A stretch of DNA of 64,000 nucleotides from Candidatus Micrarchaeota archaeon (lineage in GTDB: Archaea > Micrarchaeota > Micrarchaeia > Anstonellales > Bilamarchaeaceae): NCBI GenBank assembly GCA_043812915.1, contig JBDRLQ010000016.1:49909-113908 (forward strand). Direction: 5' to 3'. Of this stretch, positions 1 to 9,901 are shown one piece after another. The position numbers and the translations under genes are program-made. The notes under the pieces are model-generated. The model had not been told where the DNA came from and ran no database searches. It saw nothing but the letters and a program-made list of their open reading frames with translations. The number at the start of each line of letters is the position of its first letter. Positions within the stretch are counted from its first letter, which is position 1.

Positions 1-438
1 GCTCGCCCCGGTCTTGTAGAAGAAGAGGGAGAGCACGATGAGGAACGTAATCTCATATCCGAGCATCAGTAGCAGTTCCCTCACGCTGGCACACATCCCG
101 AACGGGGAGCGGCTTGCGACAGCGCCGAATATGTAGAACGTGTCCTGGAGGATGAACAGGTATCCGATCACTATGAAATCGAAGCTGAATCCTAGGACCG
201 AGAAAGGGACGAACAGTACGAGCGCGATTGTACATATGAACGCGAGGTAAGGAACGAGGCTGAATACCATGTTGTCATAGTAGAACCCCTCCTTCCCAAG
301 CAGCTTGAATATATCATAGAAAGGCTGCATCAGGGGCGGGCCCTGCCGGTTGTGCATGTGCGCGACAATCTTCCTCCTTATTCCCTCGAACGCGAGGGCA
401 AGGGGAATTAGCATTATAGCCAATAGCCAGTCAATCAT
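1..438 (-). CDS. Hydrogenase/complex I membrane subunit (NuoH/HycD/EchB-like), truncated by the window edge
   Basis: Not in the ORF track. Read manually from ATG 438: MIDWLLAIMLIPLALAFEGIRRKIVARMHNRQGPPLMQPFYDIFKLLGKE, the NuoH-family RK..AR...R.GPP..QP..D..KL signature. Overlaps the large-subunit stop. Confidence 0.9.
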   Translation of the reverse strand, partial: MIDWLLAIMLIPLALAFEGIRRKIVAHMHNRQGPPLMQPFYDIFKLLGKEGFYYDNMVFSLVPYLAFICTIALVLFVPFSVLGFSFDFIVIGYLFILQDTFYIFGAVASRSPFGMCASVRELLLMLGYEITFLIVLSLFFYKTGAS

Positions 439-1594
439 GTTTCCGACCCGCGAACAGCTCATGGCTGTTCCAAACTTCCTTCTTACCATTCTTCACGACA
501 GCAACCCTCTCCATGCAGGATATGCACGGGTCAAGGCTGCCGATAATCACCGGCACGTCTGTTATATCCTCTCCCTCCAAAACCTTCGAATATGAAATGA
601 CATTCGCGAGCGTCGGCGTCCGCAGTTTCAGCCTGAACACCCTGTTCTTCTCGACTTTCAGGAAATGGAAATTCTCCCCTCTCGGGGCCTCGCTCCTTCC
701 GACCCCTGTGGCTTCGGCGACGAAGAACCCCGGCTTCTTTGGGACATCTTCTCCAGGCTCAATCATCTGGCATGCCTTCCGGATTAGCCGGACGCACTCA
801 GGTATCTCATCCAGGCGGTTCATGCTCCGGGTGTACGAATCACCGCCATCCTTAACTACCGGCTTCACCTTCAGCTCCTTGAATGCGTATGCCATGTAAG
901 GCGCATGCCTGCGCACATCATAGTCAATGCCCGAGGCCCTTGCGACCGGACCGACTAATCCCAGTTCCCTGGCAGTATCCTTGGAAATGTTGCCGTGCTT
1001 CCTGAACCTGCTGCTTATGACATCGTTCTTTGCCATCACCTCGCGAAGCTCCTTAACTTCAGGCTCGATTACATCAAGTTTCTCAAGCACGAAATCAAGC
1101 TCCGCCTTGCCAAAGCTCCTCTTTGCGCTACCGACCAAATCAGGGGAATGGTGCACCCTGTTGCCGGTAAGTTCATCGAATATATCGAGTATATGCTCCC
1201 TTTCCTTCCAATAGTACATGAAGAGGGTCTCAAGCCCGATTTCATGGGCCATAACACCCGCCCAGAGCAGGTGGGAATGAACCCTCTCCAGCTCCGCGGT
1301 AATCAGCCTCTGCAGGTATACCTTGTCGGGCACCTTCTTCCCAATCATGGGCTCCGATGCGTTCAGGAACGCCATCGAATGGCACTGCGAGCAGATTCCG
1401 CACGTCCTCTGCACTGCGTGCAGTGCGCTGTCAAGGAACATGTTCTCGGCGCATTTCTCCACCCCGCGGTGCGCGTAGCCCAGGTTGAATTCCGCCTTGA
1501 CTATATAGCTGCCATCGACATGCAGCTTCAGGAATATCGGCTCTTTAAGGGCAGGATGCTGCGGCCCAATCGGGTACATCGTTGTGTGCATCAT
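431..1594 (-). CDS. Group 4 (energy-converting) [NiFe]-hydrogenase large subunit
   Basis: N-terminal GPQHPAL, L1 motif RTCGICSQCH, L2 motif DPCISCMER followed by a C-terminal extension. ATG 1594 overlaps the upstream stop (ATGA). Confidence 0.93.
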   Translation of the reverse strand: MMHTTMYPIGPQHPALKEPIFLKLHVDGSYIVKAEFNLGYAHRGVEKCAENMFLDSALHAVQRTCGICSQCHSMAFLNASEPMIGKKVPDKVYLQRLITAELERVHSHLLWAGVMAHEIGLETLFMYYWKEREHILDIFDELTGNRVHHSPDLVGSAKRSFGKAELDFVLEKLDVIEPEVKELREVMAKNDVISSRFRKHGNISKDTARELGLVGPVARASGIDYDVRRHAPYMAYAFKELKVKPVVKDGGDSYTRSMNRLDEIPECVRLIRKACQMIEPGEDVPKKPGFFVAEATGVGRSEAPRGENFHFLKVEKNRVFRLKLRTPTLANVISYSKVLEGEDITDVPVIIGSLDPCISCMERVAVVKNGKKEVWNSHELFAGRKHD

Positions 1595-1935
1595 CCCACC
1601 TTGCCAATGCACCTGGACGTCTCAAAGGCTTTTTGTGCAGCCTCCCTCCCGTCCGCGGCCTGGAACAGCCGCTTTCCGCTAAACTCATTCCCCTCAAACC
1701 GTATCCCGAAAAGCTCAGTGACCTCCGCCTCCAGCAGGGCGGCATTGGCGAATATACCAATCAGGCTCTGCACCTTCTCCCCTTTTGGGACCTCGAGCTC
1801 CACCTGCCCTATCTCAGTTTTGCTCTTCCATGAGAAATGGTAGTACAGGGTCTGCCTCCCGTCCTTGTTCACACTGGTAATGGAAATCAGCCGCTCGGGC
1901 TTTAGCTTCTTCACCTTATCTGCTGCGCTTAACAT
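1591..1935 (-). CDS. Hydrogenase subunit, NuoC/EchD-like
   Basis: LYYHF...SL..IF.NA.LLE.E..ELFGI.FEG motif; operon position. Confidence 0.85.
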   Translation of the reverse strand: MLSAADKVKKLKPERLISITSVNKDGRQTLYYHFSWKSKTEIGQVELEVPKGEKVQSLIGIFANAALLEAEVTELFGIRFEGNEFSGKRLFQAADGREAAQKAFETSRCIGKVG

Positions 1936-2329
1936 CAAGACACTTCCTTATGCCGTCAATTATCGTTTCGGGCCTCGGCGGGCAGCCGGGCACATACACA
2001 TCCACAGGTATGATTTTGTCCAGGGGGCCGAGAGTTGAATATGAATCCTTGTACAAACCGCCGCTCACGCAGCACGCACCGATTGCGACAACCCTTTTTG
2101 GCTTTGGCAGCTGCGAATAGATGTTCATCAGCCTCTTCACGTTCTGCTTATTCACTATCCCTGTCACCAGCAGCACGTCCGCGTGCTTCGCGCTGGCCTT
2201 GAGCTCCATCCCGAACCTTGTGATGTCGTATCTTGGATTGAAACACGCCAGGCATTCAAGTGTGCATCCGTTGCACCCTCCGGCGTTGAAGAAGCTTATC
2301 CAGGGGGATTTCTTTATAATAGCGCTCAT
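1916..2329 (-). CDS. Group 4 hydrogenase small (Fe-S) subunit, NuoB/EchC-like
   Basis: GGCNGC, HADVLLVTG, IGAC and PGCPPRP motifs. Confidence 0.93.
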   Translation of the reverse strand: MSAIIKKSPWISFFNAGGCNGCTLECLACFNPRYDITRFGMELKASAKHADVLLVTGIVNKQNVKRLMNIYSQLPKPKRVVAIGACCVSGGLYKDSYSTLGPLDKIIPVDVYVPGCPPRPETIIDGIRKCLDVKRSR

Positions 2330-2445
2330 TTCCTTCTCCCCAAAAGGTCCTTTAGGAACGAGAGCAGCAGGTCTGAGAAGTCCTTTGGCATCATGCTGTT
2401 CTCGTCAAGGTCTTCCCCGCCCAGATATACCTTCGTCTTCCTCAT
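2326..2445 (-). CDS. 39-aa micro-protein inside the hydrogenase operon (YLGGE motif)
   Basis: MRKTKVYLGGEDLDENSMMPKDFSDLLLSFLKDLLGRRK. ATGA overlaps with both neighbours, so it fills the gap exactly. Confidence 0.7.
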   Translation of the reverse strand: MRKTKVYLGGEDLDENSMMPKDFSDLLLSFLKDLLGRRK

Positions 2446-3146
2446 GTGTACATCTCCAGTATCGTAAACAGTATCTGGGGGGCAATCCCCAGCACGACCG
2501 TGAATATTGCCAGCGCGGTTGACAGCGCATTTGGGATTATCCCGAAGCTAATCGGCTTCTTCCCCTTCCCGGCAAACAGAACATAGCAAATCCTGAAATA
2601 GAACAGGAATGCAACTAAGCTTGCAAACACAGTCCCTAACATCAGAGCCGGGTGCACCGTGAATAAAGATGAATATATTATGAATTCCCCGATAAATACG
2701 TTGAACCCTGGCATCCCGCCAAGGGAGAGGCAGGCTATGCAGAGCAGAAGCGCGAGGTACTGGTTGCTCTCATAGATGCCAGCATAGTCCCGCACCCCGT
2801 CCTTCCGCAGCCCCCCGTACAGGATGGCCATTGTTATCGCGAACAATCCCCCTGCCACAGCGAAATTTATCAGCTGCAGCACGGCGAACCACACCGACTT
2901 TTCTATAAGCAGCGCTGTGCTGACATCCAGAAGGAAATAGAAGAACTGGATTATTGTCGAGAAGAGCACGTACTTCATGAAGGACTTGTCGAACAATCCG
3001 ATGAAGCTGAAAATTGTTATTCCGAGGATGCACGCAACGCTGAAGGCAATCCTGAATTCCGGCGCAAGCTCCATTCCATTGGCCAGAATGAGGTACATCG
3101 CGGCAAGAGCTATGAAAAATACTGCCAAGGGCAGCGCACGTCTCAT
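2442..3146 (-). CDS. Proton-translocating antiporter-like membrane subunit (half-length MrpD/NuoN family)
   Basis: Very hydrophobic 234 aa; KYVLFSTIIQ and LSLGGMPGFNVFIGE match the C-terminal half of the family. Confidence 0.8.
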   Translation of the reverse strand: MRRALPLAVFFIALAAMYLILANGMELAPEFRIAFSVACILGITIFSFIGLFDKSFMKYVLFSTIIQFFYFLLDVSTALLIEKSVWFAVLQLINFAVAGGLFAITMAILYGGLRKDGVRDYAGIYESNQYLALLLCIACLSLGGMPGFNVFIGEFIIYSSLFTVHPALMLGTVFASLVAFLFYFRICYVLFAGKGKKPISFGIIPNALSTALAIFTVVLGIAPQILFTILEMYT

Positions 3147-3176
3147 GGGAGGAGTTCGGAGATAAGGAATATAAAG

Positions 3177-3638
3177 TTAGCAGTGGGGATCCCGAAGCCG
3201 CCTGTTCAGGACTGCGGCGACCTCGTTCCCCCTTTTTTTCACAATGCCGCTCATCGGCTCCCCGAATTCAATGGATTCCGGCTGCACCCCGAGGACATAA
3301 AGCCTTGCATCGGGCAGCATCCTGGCAAATAGCAGGAACGACATGGAGTGCGTGCTGGCGCTGCTTTTCTGGAGCTGTTCAGAACTGACAAAGCCGATTG
3401 TCCCAGGTTCCTCCCCGAAATCAGCGGCATCAACAATCAGTATCACATCAGGCGCGATGGGCTTGATTGTCTTAATGTAATTCTCAGGCATGGTGGCGCA
3501 GAAGATTTTGGAATCAGTTTTCAGCCTGTCAAACACATACTTGCCAAGGGCGTCATCGCCCTTCATGTCATTGCCAACGCCCAGCACGATGACTTTCTTT
3601 CCTGTTAGCGCCTTTTCCAGCTCTTCCCTCCAGCTCAT
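3177..3638 (-). CDS. hycI: Hydrogenase maturation endopeptidase
   Basis: LGVGNDMKGDDALG, PEN, IVDAADFG.EPG and STH motifs; lies next to the hydrogenase operon. Confidence 0.88.
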   Translation of the reverse strand: MSWREELEKALTGKKVIVLGVGNDMKGDDALGKYVFDRLKTDSKIFCATMPENYIKTIKPIAPDVILIVDAADFGEEPGTIGFVSSEQLQKSSASTHSMSFLLFARMLPDARLYVLGVQPESIEFGEPMSGIVKKRGNEVAAVLNRRLRDPHC

Positions 3639-4276
3639 CTGAATCCGCACTCCCCTCTCAACGGGACGAATATCACAGGCAACACATTATCCCAAGTCCC
3701 GCTCTTCTTGTCATAGACAACCAGCTCCTGCCTGAACTCGTCCCCGACTGGGGCTACAATCCTGCCATCAGGCTTGAGCTGCCCAACCATAGGGTGCCTC
3801 CTATCGAGTTTGGGCATTGCAGCCGTCACGATTATCCGGTCATATGGGGCCTGAGCCGCATATCCACAGCTCGCGTCTCCTGCATGCAGTTCAATGTTAT
3901 CAAGCGCTTTGCAGCGCTCCAGGTTCTTTCTGGCAAGCTCCACAAGCTCAGGAATCAAATCAAAGCCGATTACCCTGCCCTTCCCCCCGACCATGCGCGA
4001 GAGCAGTGCGGTGTTGTATCCAGTCCCGGAGCCAACTTCCAGGACTTTCATCCCTGGCGCCAAAAGCAGCTTCTCAAGCATGAAAGACACCACGGTTGGA
4101 GCGGAAATAGTCTGTCCAAAGCCAACAGGGTAAGCGATGTCCTCGTATGCATGCATTGCCGCAGAGGGTGGAAAGAACATCGCACGGTCAACAGAGAGCA
4201 TCGCATCCTTCACATCCGCGCTTTTGAGGAAGCCACTTGCAATAAGCCGCTCAACCATCCCCCCAAGCCCTGACAT
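3635..4276 (-). CDS. pcm: Protein-L-isoaspartate O-methyltransferase
   Basis: GQTISAP, VLEVGSGTGY, APYDRIIVTAA and FVPL motifs. Confidence 0.93.
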   Translation of the reverse strand: MSGLGGMVERLIASGFLKSADVKDAMLSVDRAMFFPPSAAMHAYEDIAYPVGFGQTISAPTVVSFMLEKLLLAPGMKVLEVGSGTGYNTALLSRMVGGKGRVIGFDLIPELVELARKNLERCKALDNIELHAGDASCGYAAQAPYDRIIVTAAMPKLDRRHPMVGQLKPDGRIVAPVGDEFRQELVVYDKKSGTWDNVLPVIFVPLRGECGFR

Positions 4277-4311
4277 AAACCTTAATAAAACAAAGATAGA
4301 GATAAATCATT

Positions 4312-5112
4312 ATGCCTGAGCAGACTTTCGGGGGCGACGATGATGATGGCGGCTCTTATGGAGAGCAGAAGCCCCGGAAACCTAAGGAGCTGGACAAGTT
4401 CGGCCTGATGCCGGATGCCAACATCCGCGATGTTTTCTGGGAGATGATGGGCTCATACGCCGCAACCAAGAAGCCAAGCCGGAACCTTTCCGAACTTGAC
4501 AATGACAGGTTCGCCATGATACGAGTAGCAGTTACGGTGCTTGACAATCCCCAGAGCCACCACTATGGGCTCTCACCAGGTTTCGTTGCAAGGTATACCG
4601 CGATGATGCTGCTGGATGGCAAATGGTCAGATGCTTTCGCCGAATTCCTCAAGGACTGCAAGGAGAGCCGCGGGAAGGCCGATTCATACCTGATATCATC
4701 CTTCAAGTATGTCTGGAGGGAGCCGGAATACCAGCCGCTTGTTGTGGAAAGCTTCCGGAACATGCTCCGCTCAAGGAACGGAGCCCCAATCGGGCTGTAT
4801 TTTGTGGCCCAGATGAAGAACCGGGAGCTTATTTCCGCGCTCAAGCGCGAGCTCGTGATTCTGGCGAGGGGCGATGTTGGGGAGAATCAGCTCAATGCGA
4901 TAGCCGCGCTTGCTCTCCTATCCAACGACCCTGATGTCATCAAGACCCTTCAGGTGCTCCTTGCGCACTGGGATGCGGAAATACGGAAGCTCGCGGCCAC
5001 CTGCCTGCTCGCATATAAAAGCGATGGGTCGGTCAAGAGCTCCGCAAATAAAAGGCTGCAGACAGAGCAGAATGATGAAGTGAAGAAGATACTGGCAAAG
5101 ATTTCAAAGTGA
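4312..5112 (+). CDS. Hypothetical protein with C-terminal HEAT-like repeats
   Basis: 266-aa ORF; helical repeats such as NAIAALALL and DAEIRKLAATCL. Confidence 0.65.
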   Translation: MPEQTFGGDDDDGGSYGEQKPRKPKELDKFGLMPDANIRDVFWEMMGSYAATKKPSRNLSELDNDRFAMIRVAVTVLDNPQSHHYGLSPGFVARYTAMMLLDGKWSDAFAEFLKDCKESRGKADSYLISSFKYVWREPEYQPLVVESFRNMLRSRNGAPIGLYFVAQMKNRELISALKRELVILARGDVGENQLNAIAALALLSNDPDVIKTLQVLLAHWDAEIRKLAATCLLAYKSDGSVKSSANKRLQTEQNDEVKKILAKISK

Positions 5113-5117
5113 TACTA

Positions 5118-5639
5118 ATGGAAATTCTAAGAATACCCGCAGAGAGAGTGAGCATCCTTCTCGGAAAATACGGAGAGACCCGGAAGAAGATAGAGGAAAA
5201 GTGCAACATCCGGCTGCAGGTGGATCCTGATGGGGAAGTGCAGATGGAAGGGGACCCGGCGGACATTTTCCTTTCCAAGGACGTAATCCAGGCAATCGGC
5301 AGGGGCTTCCCGCCCAGAATCGCCCTGAAGCTGGCAAAAGATGATTTCAACCTAATCATTTTCCCGTTGAGGGAGATGCTCTCCACAGAGAAGACCATAA
5401 CGCGCATGAAAGGCAGGGTAATAGGGGAAGACGGCAAGATGAAGACCGAAATCGAGAGCGCGACCGAATCCTATATCTCGGTCTATGGCCATACGATAGG
5501 GCTGATTTCCAGGATCGATACAATAAAGTATGCCAAAGAGGCAATCGAGATGCTCCTTAGCGGCGCGCCACACTCAATCGTATATGGTTACCTTAGAAAG
5601 GCAAAACGGGGGATAATCGAAGAGCGGCTGAGGTCCTGA
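5118..5639 (+). CDS. KH-domain pre-rRNA processing protein (Dim2/Pno1 family)
   Basis: LLGKYGET, AIGRGF, KGRVIGEDGK and SGAPHSIVY motifs. Alternative GTG start at 5109. Confidence 0.9.
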   Translation: MEILRIPAERVSILLGKYGETRKKIEEKCNIRLQVDPDGEVQMEGDPADIFLSKDVIQAIGRGFPPRIALKLAKDDFNLIIFPLREMLSTEKTITRMKGRVIGEDGKMKTEIESATESYISVYGHTIGLISRIDTIKYAKEAIEMLLSGAPHSIVYGYLRKAKRGIIEERLRS

Positions 5640-5666
5640 TTATGTTGTAAAAACCCTAAAAAAAGT

Positions 5667-5674
5667 TTTATAAA
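5667..5674 (+). promoter_or_regulatory. Archaeal TATA box (TTTATAAA) with purine-rich BRE
   Basis: About 24 bp upstream of ATG 5698, consistent with a leaderless transcript. Confidence 0.55.
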
Positions 5675-5697
5675 TTTCCCTTAACATTATATTTTCT

Positions 5698-6993
5698 ATG
5701 ACAAATGCTTCTGTTGTTCAGAATGGCCAGGTTAACTCCAAGAGGCCTTTTGTTGAGATGGCATTTCCCAAGCCCGTCAGGAAAGCCTTCAGGTGGATGA
5801 ATTATAGATTCAATGAGCATGGCAGTGTTATCCATACGCTTGCAAAAAGCCTGCCCGAAGAGCAGAAAGCGCAAGTGGATGAGCATGGCAAGAGATTCTG
5901 TGCCGCGCGCTTGAAGAAGAATGTGCCAATGGGCTTCAGGACTGTCCTAACCTCACTCGTTATAGGTCAGGGTATGTGGTATCTCGTCTGCCCGTGGCTC
6001 TCGCACCAGCCCGGAATAGAGAATATGGCAACTCTTCCAAGGTGGCTTCTAACAGGTGGGCTCGACAAGCTTTTCCTGACTCATGAAGGCCTGCTTTACC
6101 ATACGGATGGCTACAGCCGCGATTTCGCGCTTGGGCTTGCCAGCAGGGTTCCACAGACAGTTGGTGTCGGGCTCGCGCTTTTCGCTGCCGAAATTGCAAC
6201 TGATTTCTCAAGGTGCTGGATAGAGAGGTGGCAGCAGAAGACATGGGGAATCCTCCCGGATGGGGCTGCCAGGCTATATGGCCAGGCAAGGCCCTTCCCG
6301 GTAAGGTATTCCAGCCTTGAGGCTTACCAGAAAATAATCAGCGTTGCGCTCCGCCCCTGGGCTCTTGGAACTCCGGCGCAGATATTCAGCAGCATCACGG
6401 GCATCTTCGGCTCAATATGGCGGACCGGCCCGCAGGTGCTCTTGGTTGCGACCCTCGGCCGCGGCCTCGATAAGTTCTTCAAGAAGGCCGCCGGGTGGAC
6501 GAGGCTATCGAAAATCGCCAATAAAATCTTCGAAGCCGGAAAGAAGGAGGAAGAGAAAGCGCTTGAGGATATCCGGAAAGCTGTTGGCAACAAGAAGTCG
6601 GTTGCCCTCGATTTCATGCTCGCGGCCGATTCAAAGCTCCTCTTCAAATTAAACCCGTTCAGGCAGGGCATTACCCTTGAGAACGCGGAGAAGGCAGCTG
6701 AAATCACACTAAGGGGGACTGAGCTGGAAGAATACCTTCTGACGACTGCCTGCGGCGATAGGCATCTTATTGATGTCCAGCTGGAATTCAGGAAAACGCT
6801 TGCAGAGTGCCTTGTGGGTGTCGATGATATATTCGGGAAGAAGGCACTTGCCAAGGTCCCTGACTATCAGGAATTGATGGAACTGATGGACCGCCCTGAG
6901 TGGGACAACTCCTCCATCGGGGATATGCATGAGGCTGCAGAGCTCCTGGGCGCGACATTGGAGAACCTGCGCACAGAGCGCGTCATCCGCTGA
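5698..6993 (+). CDS. Hypothetical membrane protein (orphan)
   Basis: 431-aa ORF with its own TATA box and 2-3 hydrophobic segments; no recognised family. Confidence 0.6.
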   Translation: MTNASVVQNGQVNSKRPFVEMAFPKPVRKAFRWMNYRFNEHGSVIHTLAKSLPEEQKAQVDEHGKRFCAARLKKNVPMGFRTVLTSLVIGQGMWYLVCPWLSHQPGIENMATLPRWLLTGGLDKLFLTHEGLLYHTDGYSRDFALGLASRVPQTVGVGLALFAAEIATDFSRCWIERWQQKTWGILPDGAARLYGQARPFPVRYSSLEAYQKIISVALRPWALGTPAQIFSSITGIFGSIWRTGPQVLLVATLGRGLDKFFKKAAGWTRLSKIANKIFEAGKKEEEKALEDIRKAVGNKKSVALDFMLAADSKLLFKLNPFRQGITLENAEKAAEITLRGTELEEYLLTTACGDRHLIDVQLEFRKTLAECLVGVDDIFGKKALAKVPDYQELMELMDRPEWDNSSIGDMHEAAELLGATLENLRTERVIR

Positions 6994-7063
6994 AAAAACG
7001 GCTAAACGGTTTTAAACGTTCCTTGATATTTCTCCTTTTGTTCTTTAATTTCGGTGACCAGTC

Positions 7064-8680
7064 ATGACAGATGGAGAGAAGATTTTCAAACAGTTCAGAG
7101 AGCACTCTGTCGCAGAGTTCTTCAAGAAGAACCGGCAGATGCTCGGTTTCACAGGCAAGGTCCGCTCGCTCACGATGATTGTGCACGAGTTCGTGACCAA
7201 CGGGCTTGATGCGGCCGAGGAGGCGGGCATCCTTCCGGATATTTTCGTGAAAGTTGAGGAACTGGGAGATGAGCATTACAGGCTGACAATCAGGGACAAC
7301 GGGCCAGGAATCCCCAAGAAGCACCTTGGGAAGGCGCTTGGCCAAATGCTTGCCGGGACTAAGTTCCACCGCTTCATCCAGCAGAGGGGCCAGCAGGGCA
7401 TCGGCGCCTCGGCATGTGTTATGTTCTCGTATATCACAACTGGAACCTCCGCGCAGGTCGTCTCCTGCTCTGGCAATATGAGATACAGCTGCTCAATAGG
7501 AATAGATTTCAAGACCAACAGCCCTGTAATCAAGGACCTTGTGGAAGAGGAGACTGAGGATCATGGCCTCACGGTAGTTTCTGAATACAAGGAAGTGAAA
7601 TACGAAAGAAGCAACAAGGGGGTCTTCGAATACCTGAGAAGGACCGCGCTTGCAAATCCCCATTGTTCAATCACTTTGGAGGAGCCGAGCGGGGAGAACA
7701 CGGTATTCCCCCGCTCCGTAGAGAAGAATCCCGCAAAGCCGTATGAAATCAAGCCGCACCCTATGGGGGTTGGTCCGCACGACTTATTGGAGCTGTGCAG
7801 GCAGCCGGGGGAGAACAGGAAGCTCTCGGCATTCCTGCAGAACACCTTCTCCAGGATGAGTGCCAACAAGGTCTCTGAACTTAGGGAACTGGCGCCCGGA
7901 GTCGATTTCGACAAGAGGCCTGAGAAGCTTGAATGGAGCGAGGCGGAAGCGGTCGTGAAGGCGTTCCAGCAGGTCAAATGGATTGCCCCACCGACGGACT
8001 CTCTTGTCCCTATAGGGAAGGAGCAGATAGAAATCTCATTCCAGAATATTTTCAATCCTGAAATCATGATGGTGACTGGAAGGAGCCCGAAAATCTACAG
8101 GGGCGGAATCCCGTTCTCCGTGGAAGTCGGAATCGCCTATGGGGGCGGAGTGCGGGACGCTGGAAAGCGCGGGGAAGTGATGCGCTTTGCGAACAAGGTG
8201 CCGCTCCTCTTCGACACCGGGGGCTGCGCGATTACAGAGACCGTCAAGGGGATGGACTGGAAGCGCTACAACCTCAAGAACTTCGAAGAGGAGCCCGTTG
8301 CCGTCCTGGTCAATCTTGTCAGCGTACATGTACCGTTCACTAGCGCGGGCAAGCAGGCAATCTCCCATGAGGAGGATGTGATGGATGAAATCAAGTTCGC
8401 GCTCATGGAGGCCTCAAGGGGGATACAGAGGTATCTCTCCGGAAAGAGGAAGGCCAACGAGATCGCCTCAAAGAAGAAGGTCGTCAGCAGGTATGTCAAG
8501 CAGATATCATCAGACCTGGCGATCCTAACGGGCGGGAAGAAGTCAGAGATAGAGAAGAAGCTCACGGAAATAATCAACGAGAAATACGTTAAGGCTAAGC
8601 CTTCCAAGGAGGAGGATGAGCTTCCGACAAGGGGGGAAGCAGAGCCGGAAGAGGATGCCAGGGAGGGTGATGAGGAATGA
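7064..8680 (+). CDS. top6B: DNA topoisomerase VI subunit B
   Basis: SVAEFFKKN, HEFVTNGLDA, DNGPGI, RGQQGIG (GHKL ATPase) and RFANKVPLLF. Confidence 0.97.
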   Translation: MTDGEKIFKQFREHSVAEFFKKNRQMLGFTGKVRSLTMIVHEFVTNGLDAAEEAGILPDIFVKVEELGDEHYRLTIRDNGPGIPKKHLGKALGQMLAGTKFHRFIQQRGQQGIGASACVMFSYITTGTSAQVVSCSGNMRYSCSIGIDFKTNSPVIKDLVEEETEDHGLTVVSEYKEVKYERSNKGVFEYLRRTALANPHCSITLEEPSGENTVFPRSVEKNPAKPYEIKPHPMGVGPHDLLELCRQPGENRKLSAFLQNTFSRMSANKVSELRELAPGVDFDKRPEKLEWSEAEAVVKAFQQVKWIAPPTDSLVPIGKEQIEISFQNIFNPEIMMVTGRSPKIYRGGIPFSVEVGIAYGGGVRDAGKRGEVMRFANKVPLLFDTGGCAITETVKGMDWKRYNLKNFEEEPVAVLVNLVSVHVPFTSAGKQAISHEEDVMDEIKFALMEASRGIQRYLSGKRKANEIASKKKVVSRYVKQISSDLAILTGGKKSEIEKKLTEIINEKYVKAKPSKEEDELPTRGEAEPEEDAREGDEE

Positions 8681-9774
8681 ACGACGATCGGGCGATGAAG
8701 AAGCTGGAAGGCCTTGGCGTGAATATGGTCAAGGAGATCGACAATGGGGATGGCCCCAGTTTCGAGACTGTGCTAAGGACCAGGAGCAACACTTTCTATG
8801 ACGAGAGTGTCGGCTGCCTCAGGACCGGCGACAAGAAGGAGACAAGGAAATTCCTGAGCGTTGCCCAAGCAAGGACCTTCATGCAGACAGTCGCTGTCGC
8901 GGCAAAGACCCGCCAGTTCCTGAAGGAGAAGCTCCACACATCAATCAGGGGCCTTTTCTACCAGCTCAAGTTCTCCTTGGGCGAGAATCTTGATGAGGAG
9001 CTTTTCTCAGAGCAGTCTGAATCGAACGCGCTGCTTGAGGACCTGGAAGTAGCCCTCAGGCTCAAAAGGGAAGACCTGCACCTTACAACAGACAGGAAAG
9101 GCTTCGTTGCCGGCCCGATGAAAATCCGGGACAAGTTCGGCGGGGACGAGACCGTAATCGACGCTACCAAGCTCGGCAGGTCCGGCTGGTCAATCCCGAG
9201 CGATGTTGACAATGACATGGAAATCGAGGAGGTGAAAGCCGACTATGTCCTTGTCTGCGAGAAAGATGCGCTATGGCAGCGCCTCAATGAGGACAAGTTC
9301 TGGAAGAAGGAGAACTGCATACTTATTACCCCAAAAGGCCAGTCCTCCAGGGGATGCAGGCGCATTATCCGCAAGTTGGCGGATGAGAAGCTTCCGGTAT
9401 ACGTATTCACTGACTGCGATGCCTGGGGGTGGTACATCTACTGGGCGATAAAGACAGGTTCCATGAACCTTGCGTACCTCGGGCAGGACTTCTCAGTGCC
9501 TGAAGCCAAGTTCCTGGGGGTGACAATGCAGGACATCCGCGACTATGAGTTCCTGGATAAGCTCACGATAAAGGCCAAGGAAGTGGACATCAAGCGCGCA
9601 GCTGAGATGCTGGAATATCCATGGATAAACCGGCACAAGGAGTGGGTGAAAGAACTCAAAGAGGTCCTGAAGACGAAGAAGAAGATTGAGCAGGACGCCC
9701 TGCAGGGGCAGAAGCTCACTTTCGTCGGGGAATATGTCAAGAGCAAGATTGAGGATGAGGCCTGGCTCCCGTAG
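8677..9774 (+). CDS. top6A: DNA topoisomerase VI subunit A
   Basis: RGLFY (catalytic Tyr), EKDA, DCDAWG TOPRIM motif; ATGA overlap with top6B. Confidence 0.97.
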   Translation: MNDDRAMKKLEGLGVNMVKEIDNGDGPSFETVLRTRSNTFYDESVGCLRTGDKKETRKFLSVAQARTFMQTVAVAAKTRQFLKEKLHTSIRGLFYQLKFSLGENLDEELFSEQSESNALLEDLEVALRLKREDLHLTTDRKGFVAGPMKIRDKFGGDETVIDATKLGRSGWSIPSDVDNDMEIEEVKADYVLVCEKDALWQRLNEDKFWKKENCILITPKGQSSRGCRRIIRKLADEKLPVYVFTDCDAWGWYIYWAIKTGSMNLAYLGQDFSVPEAKFLGVTMQDIRDYEFLDKLTIKAKEVDIKRAAEMLEYPWINRHKEWVKELKEVLKTKKKIEQDALQGQKLTFVGEYVKSKIEDEAWLP

Positions 9775-9870
9775 CATGGGCTCTCCTCAAGGGAGGCAAG
9801 AAAAAATAGATTTTTTTACTTTCCTTTTTTTCAATTTAGCGTCGAATTTTGCATACATCTTGCCAAAACA

Positions 9871-9878
9871 TTTATAAA
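9871..9878 (+). promoter_or_regulatory. Archaeal TATA box (TTTATAAA)
   Basis: About 24 bp upstream of ATG 9902, preceded by BRE-like CCAAAACA. Confidence 0.55.
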
Positions 9879-9901
9879 TCTTGCCACAGATTCCTCCCCC
9901 T

